Source of the DNA: Corallincola holothuriorum
GTDB lineage: Bacteria > Pseudomonadota > Gammaproteobacteria > Enterobacterales > Neiellaceae
Reading direction: 5' to 3'
NCBI RefSeq assembly: GCF_003336225.1
Contig: NZ_QPID01000006.1
Coordinates: forward strand, 104,207 to 168,206
DNA length: 64,000 bases
Position numbers and translations under genes: made by a program. Positions 20,229-29,148 of this stretch are shown here, one piece after another. Under the pieces are notes generated by a model. That model worked only from the letters and a program-made list of their open reading frames with translations. It did not search any database and was not told where the DNA came from. Position 1 is the first letter of the stretch; the number at the start of each line of letters is the position of its first letter.

Positions 20229-22547
20229 ATGTACAGTAATACGCCAGCGAGCGTTGCCGCCAGAGTTAATCAAACGCTCCTTATCGACAATCTTGCCAAC
20301 AGTTACATATTTTGCACTAGCGCTCAGCTTGATGGCAAAGATCCCCAAGATGCGCTGTGGTACCTGCGCGATGATTACTATGCGGGGTTATTGTTACGCA
20401 GCCACAGTGATAGCTGGGGAGTGGCATTCAGTATCCGCAAGCTCTATCTGCAAATTAAACCTGAAGCGACATTGTTGCATCTAAAATCTGATGCCCAGTT
20501 ATCGCAAGAGTTGACTGCGCTTATCGCCCATGGCGATGTGATGGTATTCAGAGAAGAAAACCGATATGACCAACTTGCCGCTGCCAGACGTTGGCAAGAT
20601 GTGCCTCCTGCGGGCAGCAGCCAGCTCAGCGTGCCTAAGTCGGCAAAATCGTCACCCTCGAACAATAGCAACAACGCAGGGCCTGGTGTCAGTCAGCCAA
20701 CCGCGCAGGGGGGGAAAGTAGCCACCGCTGCAACAACACCGGTGCTAGAACCGTTAGATCTCTATTGTGCATTGCCTAATGGCAAACCTGCAGCAGGGTT
20801 ACCCTACAAAGCCACGTTAGCCACAGGTCAAGTCTTACAAGGTAAACTTGATGCAAAAGGCTTTGCCCACTTTACCAATTTAGAGCCCAGTAAGGTTGAT
20901 GTTGAATTTGGTGAGCAGCCAGATGAAGCTGCGATTAAGGCCACACGGTCACAAATTGCTTCGGCACTGGATTCCATGTTGGCGGAAGAACGGGCCGAAG
21001 GCGCTGCGTTTGAGTCCACCTATGCCGAACTAAACTTAGCCGAAAAAGGCTTGGTCAGTACAGGCGCGCTGTTTACCGGTATTTGGCGTGGGGTGACGGA
21101 CCTCGCTGAGTTTGCTAACAATGTTTATGAGCTGGGTGCGCCGCAACAACAACTAAAACGCGCAGTGAACGCCGCTTGGTCAGCATACGACACCGATTCC
21201 GACAACTGGGCGGCAACGTTTGCGGATAATTGGCAAGACTCCCAGCACCAAGCGTTTGTGAAAGTACTTGGTTTTGATCCTTCGGCCATCAGTAAAAAAG
21301 ATATCGCTGAGGCGTATGAGATCGCGAGCTTTATTTATGATGACGCTGAAACCAAAGCGTTGTTGATGGAGTTTGGTAAAGACTATGTTAGTGCTCAGCA
21401 CCATACCGAACTTACTGACATGGCGGGCACGGCCGTATTTGAGATCATTTTAGGCGCATTACTTGCTGTTGCGACAGGCGGAGCCGGAACCGCGGCCATG
21501 GCTGCTAGTAAACTGAGTAAGTTAAAAAAATTGGGTGGACTGTTTAAAAAACTTGGTAGTGAACTTAAGAAAAAAGTCCGTTTTAAGAAAAAGTCAGGTG
21601 GGACGAATAGTAAAGTTGAAGAGGCTATTGGTAAGCCTCTGCAAGCGGAAGTCCCTAAGCCCGGAGATAAACCAGAGACGAAAAAAGAGGGGCAGGGAGA
21701 ACCTGAGCGACGAGAAGATCCGCCTCCACCACCGCGATATACAAAAGAGGAGCAGAAGTTCCTTGATGATTATAAAAAGCGGTTCCCAAATACGACACTG
21801 AGTGATGATGAATTAATTGCTCGTCACCGAGCCGGAAAGCGAATGAGTCCGGACACAGACCGATTGCATGATCCAGAGAGAAAGGCCAGACCAAAACCTG
21901 ACATTGGCGCTAAAATTGCAGGTCAAAAAGAAGTGGCGTTTGATGATTTACCTGAAAAACATCAAAGAAAGCTGAAAAAGCTGGAGTATCAAAGAAAACA
22001 GGCTTACGAAGCGAAGTTGGCGGCGGTTAAAGCACAAGATGAAGTAGCCTCTAAGGCTGCGACTCAGCAAATGAAAGATATCAGCGAGAAAATGGGTGAA
22101 GTCAGCGCTGAAGGTGTTATGAAAGTTGAGTATCCTGACTTCAAAAGGGTTAAATCCAATCTGCCTGGTAATGGTAAACAAGGACAATTCGATCAGATTT
22201 ACCATAACCCCAAAACAGGCGAGATAATTGTCGTTGAAGCCAAAGGCGGCGGCGCTACGCGTGGTGTCAGAAAAGGTCTAGATGGTAAATATGCAGAGCA
22301 AGGAACCAAAGCATATCGAGACAGTATTATCCACAATATGAATAAAAAGCTGAATACGGCGTTGGATGATCCTCGTTATGGTGTGGATGACAAATATACT
22401 CGTGATATTGATCAACTTGATGATACTGTTAGTAAATTGAATAAAGCACAACTCAATGATGACAGCATTATCTCCAAACAAGTGAGTCAGCGTTTAAATA
22501 GTGATGGTTCGCTAAAACCAACCGCTGAGTTAATTGATTTTAAATAA
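20229..22547 (+). CDS. Polymorphic toxin-like protein with a C-terminal PD-(D/E)xK (restriction-endonuclease-fold) nuclease-like domain
   Basis: AAGGAG Shine-Dalgarno 5 nt before the ATG at 20229. No signal peptide. Middle hydrophobic helix (AVFEIILGALLAVATGGAGTAAMAA), then a Lys/Glu/Pro-rich linker (PPPPPRY). The C-terminus reads GQFDQIYHNPKTGEIIVVEAKGG, a D...ExK pattern. Two immunity-like paralogs follow. Confidence 0.6.
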   Translation: MYSNTPASVAARVNQTLLIDNLANSYIFCTSAQLDGKDPQDALWYLRDDYYAGLLLRSHSDSWGVAFSIRKLYLQIKPEATLLHLKSDAQLSQELTALIAHGDVMVFREENRYDQLAAARRWQDVPPAGSSQLSVPKSAKSSPSNNSNNAGPGVSQPTAQGGKVATAATTPVLEPLDLYCALPNGKPAAGLPYKATLATGQVLQGKLDAKGFAHFTNLEPSKVDVEFGEQPDEAAIKATRSQIASALDSMLAEERAEGAAFESTYAELNLAEKGLVSTGALFTGIWRGVTDLAEFANNVYELGAPQQQLKRAVNAAWSAYDTDSDNWAATFADNWQDSQHQAFVKVLGFDPSAISKKDIAEAYEIASFIYDDAETKALLMEFGKDYVSAQHHTELTDMAGTAVFEIILGALLAVATGGAGTAAMAASKLSKLKKLGGLFKKLGSELKKKVRFKKKSGGTNSKVEEAIGKPLQAEVPKPGDKPETKKEGQGEPERREDPPPPPRYTKEEQKFLDDYKKRFPNTTLSDDELIARHRAGKRMSPDTDRLHDPERKARPKPDIGAKIAGQKEVAFDDLPEKHQRKLKKLEYQRKQAYEAKLAAVKAQDEVASKAATQQMKDISEKMGEVSAEGVMKVEYPDFKRVKSNLPGNGKQGQFDQIYHNPKTGEIIVVEAKGGGATRGVRKGLDGKYAEQGTKAYRDSIIHNMNKKLNTALDDPRYGVDDKYTRDIDQLDDTVSKLNKAQLNDDSIISKQVSQRLNSDGSLKPTAELIDFK

Positions 22548-22561
22548 GAGAACGAACAGTG

Positions 22562-23395
22562 ATGATTAAAAGACACTTTACTCCTAAAAATATGGCCAGA
22601 GTTGGTGTAGTGATAGATAGGTTTGAAGAAAATACGGCGCTTGTTATTAATAGCGCTAAAAATAAAAACAGTGGTGAAGTGCTAGGTATTTGTATTCCCA
22701 AGGCTATTAATGCCTTTGCCGAGTCGATCGTCGCTGAAAAACCACCTGCTACCGCTTTACGCTACCTGACCTTTGCCAAAGAACTGGGCGCTGCCAACTT
22801 TACCTTTGTGATGCGGATGGAAGAGACGTTTCAAACCTCGTTGCTTGGTGAACAGTTTGAAATGACTGGCGCCCATAAGGTGAGTTACGTTGATACGGAT
22901 GTTTGGTTGAAGAGTTTTTTCTGTGCGCAGATACTACGCGACAGTGCCGCTATCGATGCGCTGAATGAAGTGGATGAAACGGTATTTTTTAACGCCGAAC
23001 TTAAACCCGATGCGTTGGATCTGCGTATGGTCGATTTGATGCAAGGTATATATAAAGGTCACCGAGATCTTAATACTTTATTGACTAATGCATGGGAGGC
23101 GGAGCCTGAAGACAGTCGGGTTGAGTATGTGGCTAGCCACTTTATGCCTCTGTTGTCTGTGATGCGGACTATTTTTACACCGGATGCGGAAGCTGAATAT
23201 AATAAAGAGATGCGTGAAGCGGTGGAGCTGCATAAAAAGTTCTGGAGCCAGAGCGAAGATCATGAGTGGGAGCCGGAAGCTTGGGTATCGCTGCCGCTTA
23301 TAGCCATGGCTGCGCTGGCTTATGACCATAAAGGCTACGAACTGGATTTTGAGACCGATTACATTCCTGATTGGTTGGTGAAAAAGCAGTTTTAG
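22562..23395 (+). CDS. Putative cognate immunity protein, paralog 1
   Basis: Lies immediately after the toxin stop. Shares long identical blocks with the next gene (YLTFAKELGAANF, DTDVWLKSF.CAQILRDSAAID, LPLIAMAALAYDHKGYELDFETDYIPDWLVKKQF). Confidence 0.5.
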   Translation: MIKRHFTPKNMARVGVVIDRFEENTALVINSAKNKNSGEVLGICIPKAINAFAESIVAEKPPATALRYLTFAKELGAANFTFVMRMEETFQTSLLGEQFEMTGAHKVSYVDTDVWLKSFFCAQILRDSAAIDALNEVDETVFFNAELKPDALDLRMVDLMQGIYKGHRDLNTLLTNAWEAEPEDSRVEYVASHFMPLLSVMRTIFTPDAEAEYNKEMREAVELHKKFWSQSEDHEWEPEAWVSLPLIAMAALAYDHKGYELDFETDYIPDWLVKKQF

Positions 23396-23424
23396 TTCCT
23401 CCATTGGTGTACTTGTTAGAAACT

Positions 23425-23453
23425 AAAAAGCGGACATGGTTGTCCGCTTTTTT
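23425..23453 (+). terminator. Rho-independent terminator (agcggaca-tggt-tgtccgct + T6)
   Basis: 8-bp GC-rich stem followed by six T residues directly after immunity paralog 1. Confidence 0.75.
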
Positions 23454-23505
23454 GATGAAAATTATGTTTGCCATTGTAATTAACTCGTAGTTTTGAATAA
23501 GTTGA

Positions 23506-24339
23506 ATGATGATAGGAAGACATTATCAAGAAACACACACTCATTTACTTCAGAAGGCGTTGGATAAGTTCGAAAAACGTCTGCCAAGGAAAATAAATAG
23601 TATAAAGAAGGAAGATGATGGAGAGTTGCTAGGCTCTTCTATTTCACAAACTGTAAATGTCTTTTGTGAATCTATAGTGGCTGAGAAAGATCATCTAACC
23701 ATATTACGTTTTTTAACTTTTGCTAAAGAGCTGGGTGCAGCAAATTTTGCTTCTGTGATGAGGATGGAAGAAACCTTTGATGTGCATCTCTTAGGTGAAA
23801 CCATTACGCTAACAGGGGCTCATAAGGCCTGTCATGTCGATACAGACGTATGGCTAAAAAGTTTTTATTGTGCACAGATATTACGGGATAGTGCTGCTAT
23901 CGATGTCCTAAATGAGGTGGATGAAACGGTCTTTTTTGCGGCCGAAATTAAACCTGATGCGTTGGATCTGCGCATAGTGGACTTGATGCAGGGTATTTAT
24001 AAGGGCCATAAAGAACTTACTACCTTGCTGAATAGTGCACTCCAGGCGGAGCCTGAAGATAGCCGTTTAAGTTATGCCTTTCATCTATTAAATCCGCTTC
24101 TTTCTATTATTCGCACTATTTTTACGCCAGGTGCGGACGCTGAATTCAATAAAGAGGTGCGTGAAGCGGTAGAGCTGCATAAAAAGTACTGGGGTCAGGA
24201 AGATGAGAAATGGGCAGCCCGCGGTTGGGTGTCATTGCCGTTAATCGCCATGGCGGCGCTGGCGTATGATCACAAAGGCTACGAACTGGATTTTGAAACC
24301 GATTACATTCCTGACTGGTTAGTGAAAAAGCAGTTTTAA
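23506..24339 (+). CDS. Putative cognate immunity protein, paralog 2
   Basis: 277 aa, roughly 65% identical to paralog 1 over the whole length; the last ~40 aa are identical to paralog 1. Confidence 0.5.
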   Translation: MMIGRHYQETHTHLLQKALDKFEKRLPRKINSIKKEDDGELLGSSISQTVNVFCESIVAEKDHLTILRFLTFAKELGAANFASVMRMEETFDVHLLGETITLTGAHKACHVDTDVWLKSFYCAQILRDSAAIDVLNEVDETVFFAAEIKPDALDLRIVDLMQGIYKGHKELTTLLNSALQAEPEDSRLSYAFHLLNPLLSIIRTIFTPGADAEFNKEVREAVELHKKYWGQEDEKWAARGWVSLPLIAMAALAYDHKGYELDFETDYIPDWLVKKQF

Positions 24340-24368
24340 TTCCTCCATTGGTGTTCTTGTTAGAAACT

Positions 24369-24397
24369 AAAAAGCGGACATGATTGTCCGCTTTTTT
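24369..24397 (+). terminator. Rho-independent terminator, duplicate copy
   Basis: aaaaagcggacatgattgtccgctttttt. It differs by one base in the loop from the copy at 23425..23453. Confidence 0.75.
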
Positions 24398-24437
24398 GAT
24401 GACAAGTGATGCGAAATTTATCAGTGCATTTTGTTAA

Positions 24438-25595
24438 TCAACCCACAATCACATGGGGCACAAAACGGCTGGTGTCTTTGGTGATCAAACTATTATCCTC
24501 CCGTATCGTTAGGCCGGCGGCTTCGTGGCCGACCACCCAGCTACCGATGAGGGTAAAGCTCTCGTTAAAGCGGGGCAGGGGGCTGAGAGATTGGTAGATA
24601 TAGCCCTCTTCACCGTACTCACCGCCGACGGCCAGTGTGGGTTTGCCATCTTCTATCAGTGAGATATTTGCGCCTTCACGGCTAAACAGTGGCTTTTTAC
24701 AGTAGCTGTTGCCTAAATCGGCCTTTTGTTCACCTTCAAAATAGGATGGCAGCAAGTTGGGGTGGCCTTTATGAAATTGCCACAACAGGGGCAATATCCC
24801 CTTATTGCTCAGGATCGCTTTCCAGGCGGGTTCGACAAAGCGGGTTTTCGATTTTGCTAAGTAATCACTGAAAGGATCCGTGAGCATCCACTCCCAAGGA
24901 TAGAGTTTGAACAGGCAACTTATCTCGTAGTCGTCGAGATCGGTAAACTGACCTTTGGTGTTAACGCCGATATCTTCGACATAGATAAAGCGTGTTGCGA
25001 CTCCGGCTTGCTGAGCGCAATCTTCCAGATATTCGACGGTTGCCCGATCTTCGGTACTGTCCTGACAACAGGCAAAGTGCATTTCACCATCAGAGGGGAT
25101 CTTTGCCATCTGGGCGATCAGCTTTTCCTGGATAGAATTAAACTGGTCAGTGCTACGTAACAGGGTGCCGGCTTTGACCTGATCTTCGAGCCAGATCCAT
25201 TGGAAGAAAGCGGCTTCGTAGATGGAGGTTGGTGTATCAGCGTTGTATTCAAGTAGCTTGGCAGGGCCGTTGCCGTTGTAAGCAAAGTCCATTCGCCCGT
25301 ACAAACTCGGCTCTTTGAAGCGCCATGAATCAAGAATGAGTTGCCACTGATGCTTGGGGATCTGGAGTTTTGTTAGCCAATACTCATCGCGAACAACTTG
25401 CTCAACCAGATCCATGCAGAGCGCTTCTAGCTCGTTGGTAGGATCTTCAAGATCCCGTTCAATCTGCTGGAGCGTGAATTGATAGTAGTGGTTTTCGTCC
25501 CAGTAGGGTTCGCCATCAATGGTATGAAAGTCGAACCCATACTGGTTAGCACGTTGCAGCAGATTAGGCCGCGGTGCACAGGCGATACGTAGCAC
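24438..25595 (-). CDS. Glutathionylspermidine synthase-family protein (E. coli YgiC/YjfC-like ATP-grasp amide ligase)
   Basis: GTG start. Collinear from memory with E. coli YgiC: YGFDFHTIDGEPYW...LEYNADTPTSIYEAAFFQWIWLED...SREGANISLIE. Confidence 0.85.
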   Translation of the reverse strand: MLRIACAPRPNLLQRANQYGFDFHTIDGEPYWDENHYYQFTLQQIERDLEDPTNELEALCMDLVEQVVRDEYWLTKLQIPKHQWQLILDSWRFKEPSLYGRMDFAYNGNGPAKLLEYNADTPTSIYEAAFFQWIWLEDQVKAGTLLRSTDQFNSIQEKLIAQMAKIPSDGEMHFACCQDSTEDRATVEYLEDCAQQAGVATRFIYVEDIGVNTKGQFTDLDDYEISCLFKLYPWEWMLTDPFSDYLAKSKTRFVEPAWKAILSNKGILPLLWQFHKGHPNLLPSYFEGEQKADLGNSYCKKPLFSREGANISLIEDGKPTLAVGGEYGEEGYIYQSLSPLPRFNESFTLIGSWVVGHEAAGLTIREDNSLITKDTSRFVPHVIVG

Positions 25596-26188
25596 TAACT
25601 ACCCCAGCCGCCGCGAGCCGCTGTTTTAGAACCAAAACCACCACGGCTGACCGTCGCGGCTTTTTTGCCATACTGGCCAGAACTGCGTTTAATTTGGCCG
25701 GAGTTATTTGGTACTGTTGTCATGATAGAGCGCGGTAATTTACTGGCTCGGCCAGTGCTGCCGTAGCTACCTACCGGATAGTTATTACTGGTGCGGTACA
25801 TGCCCCAGTCGTCACGTGAACGGTATAAGGGGCGTGAATAAGCGCTACGATAATAGAGGCTATTGCCTACATCGCGAGCGATCATCGACATCATGTAACC
25901 GGCCATGAAGGGCTGCCAAAAGCCGCTGCTGCGTGATGGCTGGCATTGCTCTGCACCAAAGTCCATTTCACAGTTGTACCGGCTATCGTAGCGTGGTGCT
26001 TCCAGTTGGTTTGCCGCTACTGCTTTTTCGTATTGATACTCGCAATCGCTGGCTTCAAACAAGCCGCTGGCCTTGCACTCTGCCACACTTTTAAAAGTTA
26101 CGATCTCTTCTTGTGGCTCGCTACAGCCTGTCACCATGCCGCCAGCGAGTCCCATCAGAGTAAGTTTGACTGTACGGGAACGTTTCAT
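25595..26188 (-). CDS. DUF1190-family lipoprotein (YgiB/YjfM-like)
   Basis: Lipobox VTGCS. FWQPFMAGYMMS block and Gly/Ser-rich C-terminus as in YgiB. Its TAG stop overlaps the GTG of the downstream gene by 1 nt. Confidence 0.7.
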   Translation of the reverse strand: MKRSRTVKLTLMGLAGGMVTGCSEPQEEIVTFKSVAECKASGLFEASDCEYQYEKAVAANQLEAPRYDSRYNCEMDFGAEQCQPSRSSGFWQPFMAGYMMSMIARDVGNSLYYRSAYSRPLYRSRDDWGMYRTSNNYPVGSYGSTGRASKLPRSIMTTVPNNSGQIKRSSGQYGKKAATVSRGGFGSKTAARGGWGS

Positions 26189-26200
26189 TTTGACGCTCCT

Positions 26201-26605
26201 CTAGTAGGTCATACAGGCAGCGTTCAAAATACCGGTTGCCAATGCGCAGCAACCAAGGAATACACCCGCAGGCAGCTCATTGGCAGTTAGGCGCTCAGTC
26301 AACCGTGGCATATAGAAGCGGACAGTAAAGTAGGTTAATAGCTGAGTTACCATGGCAACGCCACCCCAGATAATAAAGTCGATGACACCCACAGAGTTGA
26401 TGGCTGCACTGGCAACAGGGATGGTGAAACCCACGACGGTTAGACCAAAGGCAACTGCCGCAGCACTGTTGTTTTCGCGCATTAAGGTCCATTCACAGTG
26501 TGGTGTTGCTTTGGTATAGATGGCGGTAAACAGCAGGATCATTACGTAGCCGCTGACGAAATAGAGGGCAAAAGCAGGTAAACCCTGAAGGGATTCCATA
26601 AACAT
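26201..26605 (-). CDS. DUF350-family small membrane protein (YjfL-like)
   Basis: 134 aa with 4 TM helices, matching YjfL topology and length. Position is conserved in the yjf cluster. Confidence 0.55.
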   Translation of the reverse strand: MFMESLQGLPAFALYFVSGYVMILLFTAIYTKATPHCEWTLMRENNSAAAVAFGLTVVGFTIPVASAAINSVGVIDFIIWGGVAMVTQLLTYFTVRFYMPRLTERLTANELPAGVFLGCCALATGILNAACMTY

Positions 26606-26695
26606 AGTTATTCGCTTCCTTAATTGTTTAAATTTGACGCTGATTCTTTGTGTTATAACGACCGGATATTGTTCATCTAGGCCGTTGGGTTATCT

Positions 26696-27352
26696 TTAGC
26701 TGATCACTCTAAATTGCGACGGTGATAGGTTGACGCCAAGGGCGTAACTAAGCATGCGCTCATTGTCACCGCTCTCCTCGGCATTAATCAATAGTAATTC
26801 GTTGATATCGTCGTTAATGCCTCTTTCATACAGCATACAGAAGTTATCAACGCTATAACGTTCGCCGGCTTTGTTTTCTACCTTTTCAGTCATGGCCACC
26901 GGAGGCACATTACCGTCGTTATCGCCAAAAAATACCCGTTGGAATTCGCGGTCACTGTGTTGAAAGGTCGGGGTACCAATAAAGTCGGCGGCGATCACTT
27001 TTTCCCACTCCGCTTTGGTTGCGATGGCGTTGCTCTTATCGTAAACAAACAGCAATACATCTTCGACATTATGTTCAGTTTCGTCGCCGCTGTAGTTTAT
27101 CTGGATAAAAGCATCGTCGCTGGTGTAGTAACGCAGCATATAAGACCCTGCGCCAAGAGAGGTACGGCTAATCGCTTCAATTAATTGCGTGTCGCCCGGA
27201 AACTCCATCTTTAATTCGTCACCGAGTACGCGAAAATCCAACGAGCTTAGCTCTACGGCACAACCCAGGTGCAAACCAAACAAGCCTTTTTCTGGCTGCT
27301 TGGGTGCTTCCTCTTGCTTCTTTTTACCGAACAGATCTTTGAAAAAATTCAT
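26696..27352 (-). CDS. DUF2491-family protein (YjfK-like)
   Basis: 218 aa soluble protein starting MNFFKDLFGKKK.... Assigned by its position between the DUF350 and PspA-like genes. Confidence 0.45.
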   Translation of the reverse strand: MNFFKDLFGKKKQEEAPKQPEKGLFGLHLGCAVELSSLDFRVLGDELKMEFPGDTQLIEAISRTSLGAGSYMLRYYTSDDAFIQINYSGDETEHNVEDVLLFVYDKSNAIATKAEWEKVIAADFIGTPTFQHSDREFQRVFFGDNDGNVPPVAMTEKVENKAGERYSVDNFCMLYERGINDDINELLLINAEESGDNERMLSYALGVNLSPSQFRVIS

Positions 27353-28434
27353 GATGCTTTCTCCGGGGCTAATGCTGACCAGTTAACGCTCGACTCTGTT
27401 AAGCGTTGGGCGGCAATATAATATAGCGTTACGCCTGAGCTGAGTGGTTTGTTCATCGCCGGGTTGATCTCCACTTCGCCTTGAGTGCTATGGTCGGCCA
27501 CGGCAATCAAGGTGGCATCATGTTGCTGTTTTAGGTAGATAAATAGCTCGCCAAAACTTGCGGTCGGTGCATTAACTGGAATAGTTAATGAAAACTGCGT
27601 GGCACCGTCGAGCGTATTCATCAGTTGTTCAAATACTCGGCTGGAGCCGGGATCTTGCATGGAACGTGTCAGCAGCTCAGCCTCGCGTGAGGTACTGACT
27701 TCGATATGGGGATAAGCCGTTTCTACTAGTTGCGCCATCGATTCACTTTCAAAGTAAGCGCAGACATGGGTGGAATCTGGCTGAGTCAATGCGCCAACCC
27801 TTAAAGCGATGGCCAAAGTCTCTTCGTCACTGTCGCCATCAATTATTACTTTATCCGCTTCTTCAATTCCAGCTCTCTGCAATGAACTAGGTTCAGAATA
27901 GCTTTCAACGCGAATAAAGTTAACTTCAATACGGTCAGGGCAGGGGTGTTCCATCTCATCTGTCACGCATAGAAGGATCTGACGTTGTTGGCGGTTTTTA
28001 TCACCCAGTATCAGTTCGATAATCTTTAGTGTCTGCATCGGCGTCCAGCCGATCAACACAATGTGATTAGACAGATGCCCGAAATCACGTTCACCTTTCA
28101 TGGTTTGCTCCCACATTAGCGAGATAGTAGTGGCAAGTTTGCCGATAAATGAACCGAATAGACCTAAACCGAGGGGGATAACCCACAGTGTGACAGCCCA
28201 CATGCCAGAGGCACTCTCCGGCGAATAATCGCCGTAACCTACGGTAGATATGGTGACCATAAACCAGTAAATATAACGGCTGAGGTTTTCGGTTAATGCG
28301 GTTTCGCCTGCCAAATAAAGCAAGGCATAAGAAGTGACTGCGTGACCAACGACAAGGCCGGCAAGTGCCGGCCAAGTTAGTGAACGCAGGTGTTGATTGA
28401 GGCGCAGGCTAGCCCAGCGCAACCACCACTGCAT
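27349..28434 (-). CDS. Potassium channel (2-TM pore with TVGYGD filter) fused to a cytoplasmic RCK/TrkA-like domain
   Basis: TISTVGYGDYSP selectivity filter between two TM helices; C-terminal ~230 aa is soluble. Its stop overlaps the start of the downstream DUF2491 gene. Confidence 0.7.
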   Translation of the reverse strand: MQWWLRWASLRLNQHLRSLTWPALAGLVVGHAVTSYALLYLAGETALTENLSRYIYWFMVTISTVGYGDYSPESASGMWAVTLWVIPLGLGLFGSFIGKLATTISLMWEQTMKGERDFGHLSNHIVLIGWTPMQTLKIIELILGDKNRQQRQILLCVTDEMEHPCPDRIEVNFIRVESYSEPSSLQRAGIEEADKVIIDGDSDEETLAIALRVGALTQPDSTHVCAYFESESMAQLVETAYPHIEVSTSREAELLTRSMQDPGSSRVFEQLMNTLDGATQFSLTIPVNAPTASFGELFIYLKQQHDATLIAVADHSTQGEVEINPAMNKPLSSGVTLYYIAAQRLTESSVNWSALAPEKAS

Positions 28435-28449
28435 GGTAATCGTCCTTTA

Positions 28450-29136
28450 TTAGCCTGCTTGTTTTGCTTTCAGTCGCTCTAACACGGAGTTAGCTGAGGA
28501 AGTAGAACTACCGATCCCAGCGTCCTTGAGTTTTTTCTCTAGTTCATTGCCGTCGTCAGATAACTCTTCCGCTGCTTCAAGTTTAGCTTGCTTCTCTGCT
28601 TGCTTATTCTTGATGCGCTGCAGTGAATCTGCGGCATTGGCTACTTTTGAGTTGGCATTGATACTGGTTGCAGCGATCTGCTCTTGTGCTTTTTGTACTG
28701 CTTCGGTCGCTTTCACCTGCGCCAGTTGACGCTCCATTTCCGCTAACTGTTTCTTGCTTTTAGCGATAGTGGTTTCGATACGGGCAAAATCAGCCTTAAT
28801 TGTATCCAGATGCGCTTTGTCTTCAGTGAACTGAGTTTCCAGCGCTGCAATTTTTTCTGCCACTTCGCCAGCCAAGGCTTCATCACCTTTGCTTAGGGCT
28901 TCTACGGCAAAGTTTTCATATTTGCTGATCTCTGCTTGCAACTTGTCCACCTTAGATTCAGCCAGTTTCTTCTTACCTGCTAAATCAATACGGCTACGAC
29001 CTGCTACGTCCATTGCCTGGCGTGCGTCGCGGATATGCTGCTCCAGCAAACGGATTGCTTGAGCGTCGGTAAATTCTTCTTCCATCTCGGCTTTGATAGC
29101 ACGACCGAAAGTAAACAGTTTCTTAAATAAACTCAT
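28450..29136 (-). CDS. PspA/IM30-family protein (YjfJ-like)
   Basis: LEQHIRDARQ, a long coiled coil, and VKATEAVQKAQEQ align with E. coli YjfJ/PspA. Confidence 0.8.
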   Translation of the reverse strand: MSLFKKLFTFGRAIKAEMEEEFTDAQAIRLLEQHIRDARQAMDVAGRSRIDLAGKKKLAESKVDKLQAEISKYENFAVEALSKGDEALAGEVAEKIAALETQFTEDKAHLDTIKADFARIETTIAKSKKQLAEMERQLAQVKATEAVQKAQEQIAATSINANSKVANAADSLQRIKNKQAEKQAKLEAAEELSDDGNELEKKLKDAGIGSSTSSANSVLERLKAKQAG

Positions 29137-29148
29137 GATAAATTCCTC

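Noticed and set aside
20223-20231. GTG at 20223 as the toxin start, as in the six-frame track
   Set aside because: The GTG lies within the AAGGAG Shine-Dalgarno at 20218-23. The ATG at 20229 has ideal 5-nt spacing.
19862-24437. The toxin-immunity block as a mobile element or prophage remnant
   Set aside because: I could identify no integrase, transposase, tRNA, or flanking direct or inverted repeats. Only the internal immunity duplication is repetitive. It is treated as a chromosomal accessory locus.
24406-24597. 63 aa plus-strand ORF at the 3' end of the gss-family gene
   Set aside because: It overlaps the well-conserved C-terminus of the YgiC-like protein on the opposite strand.
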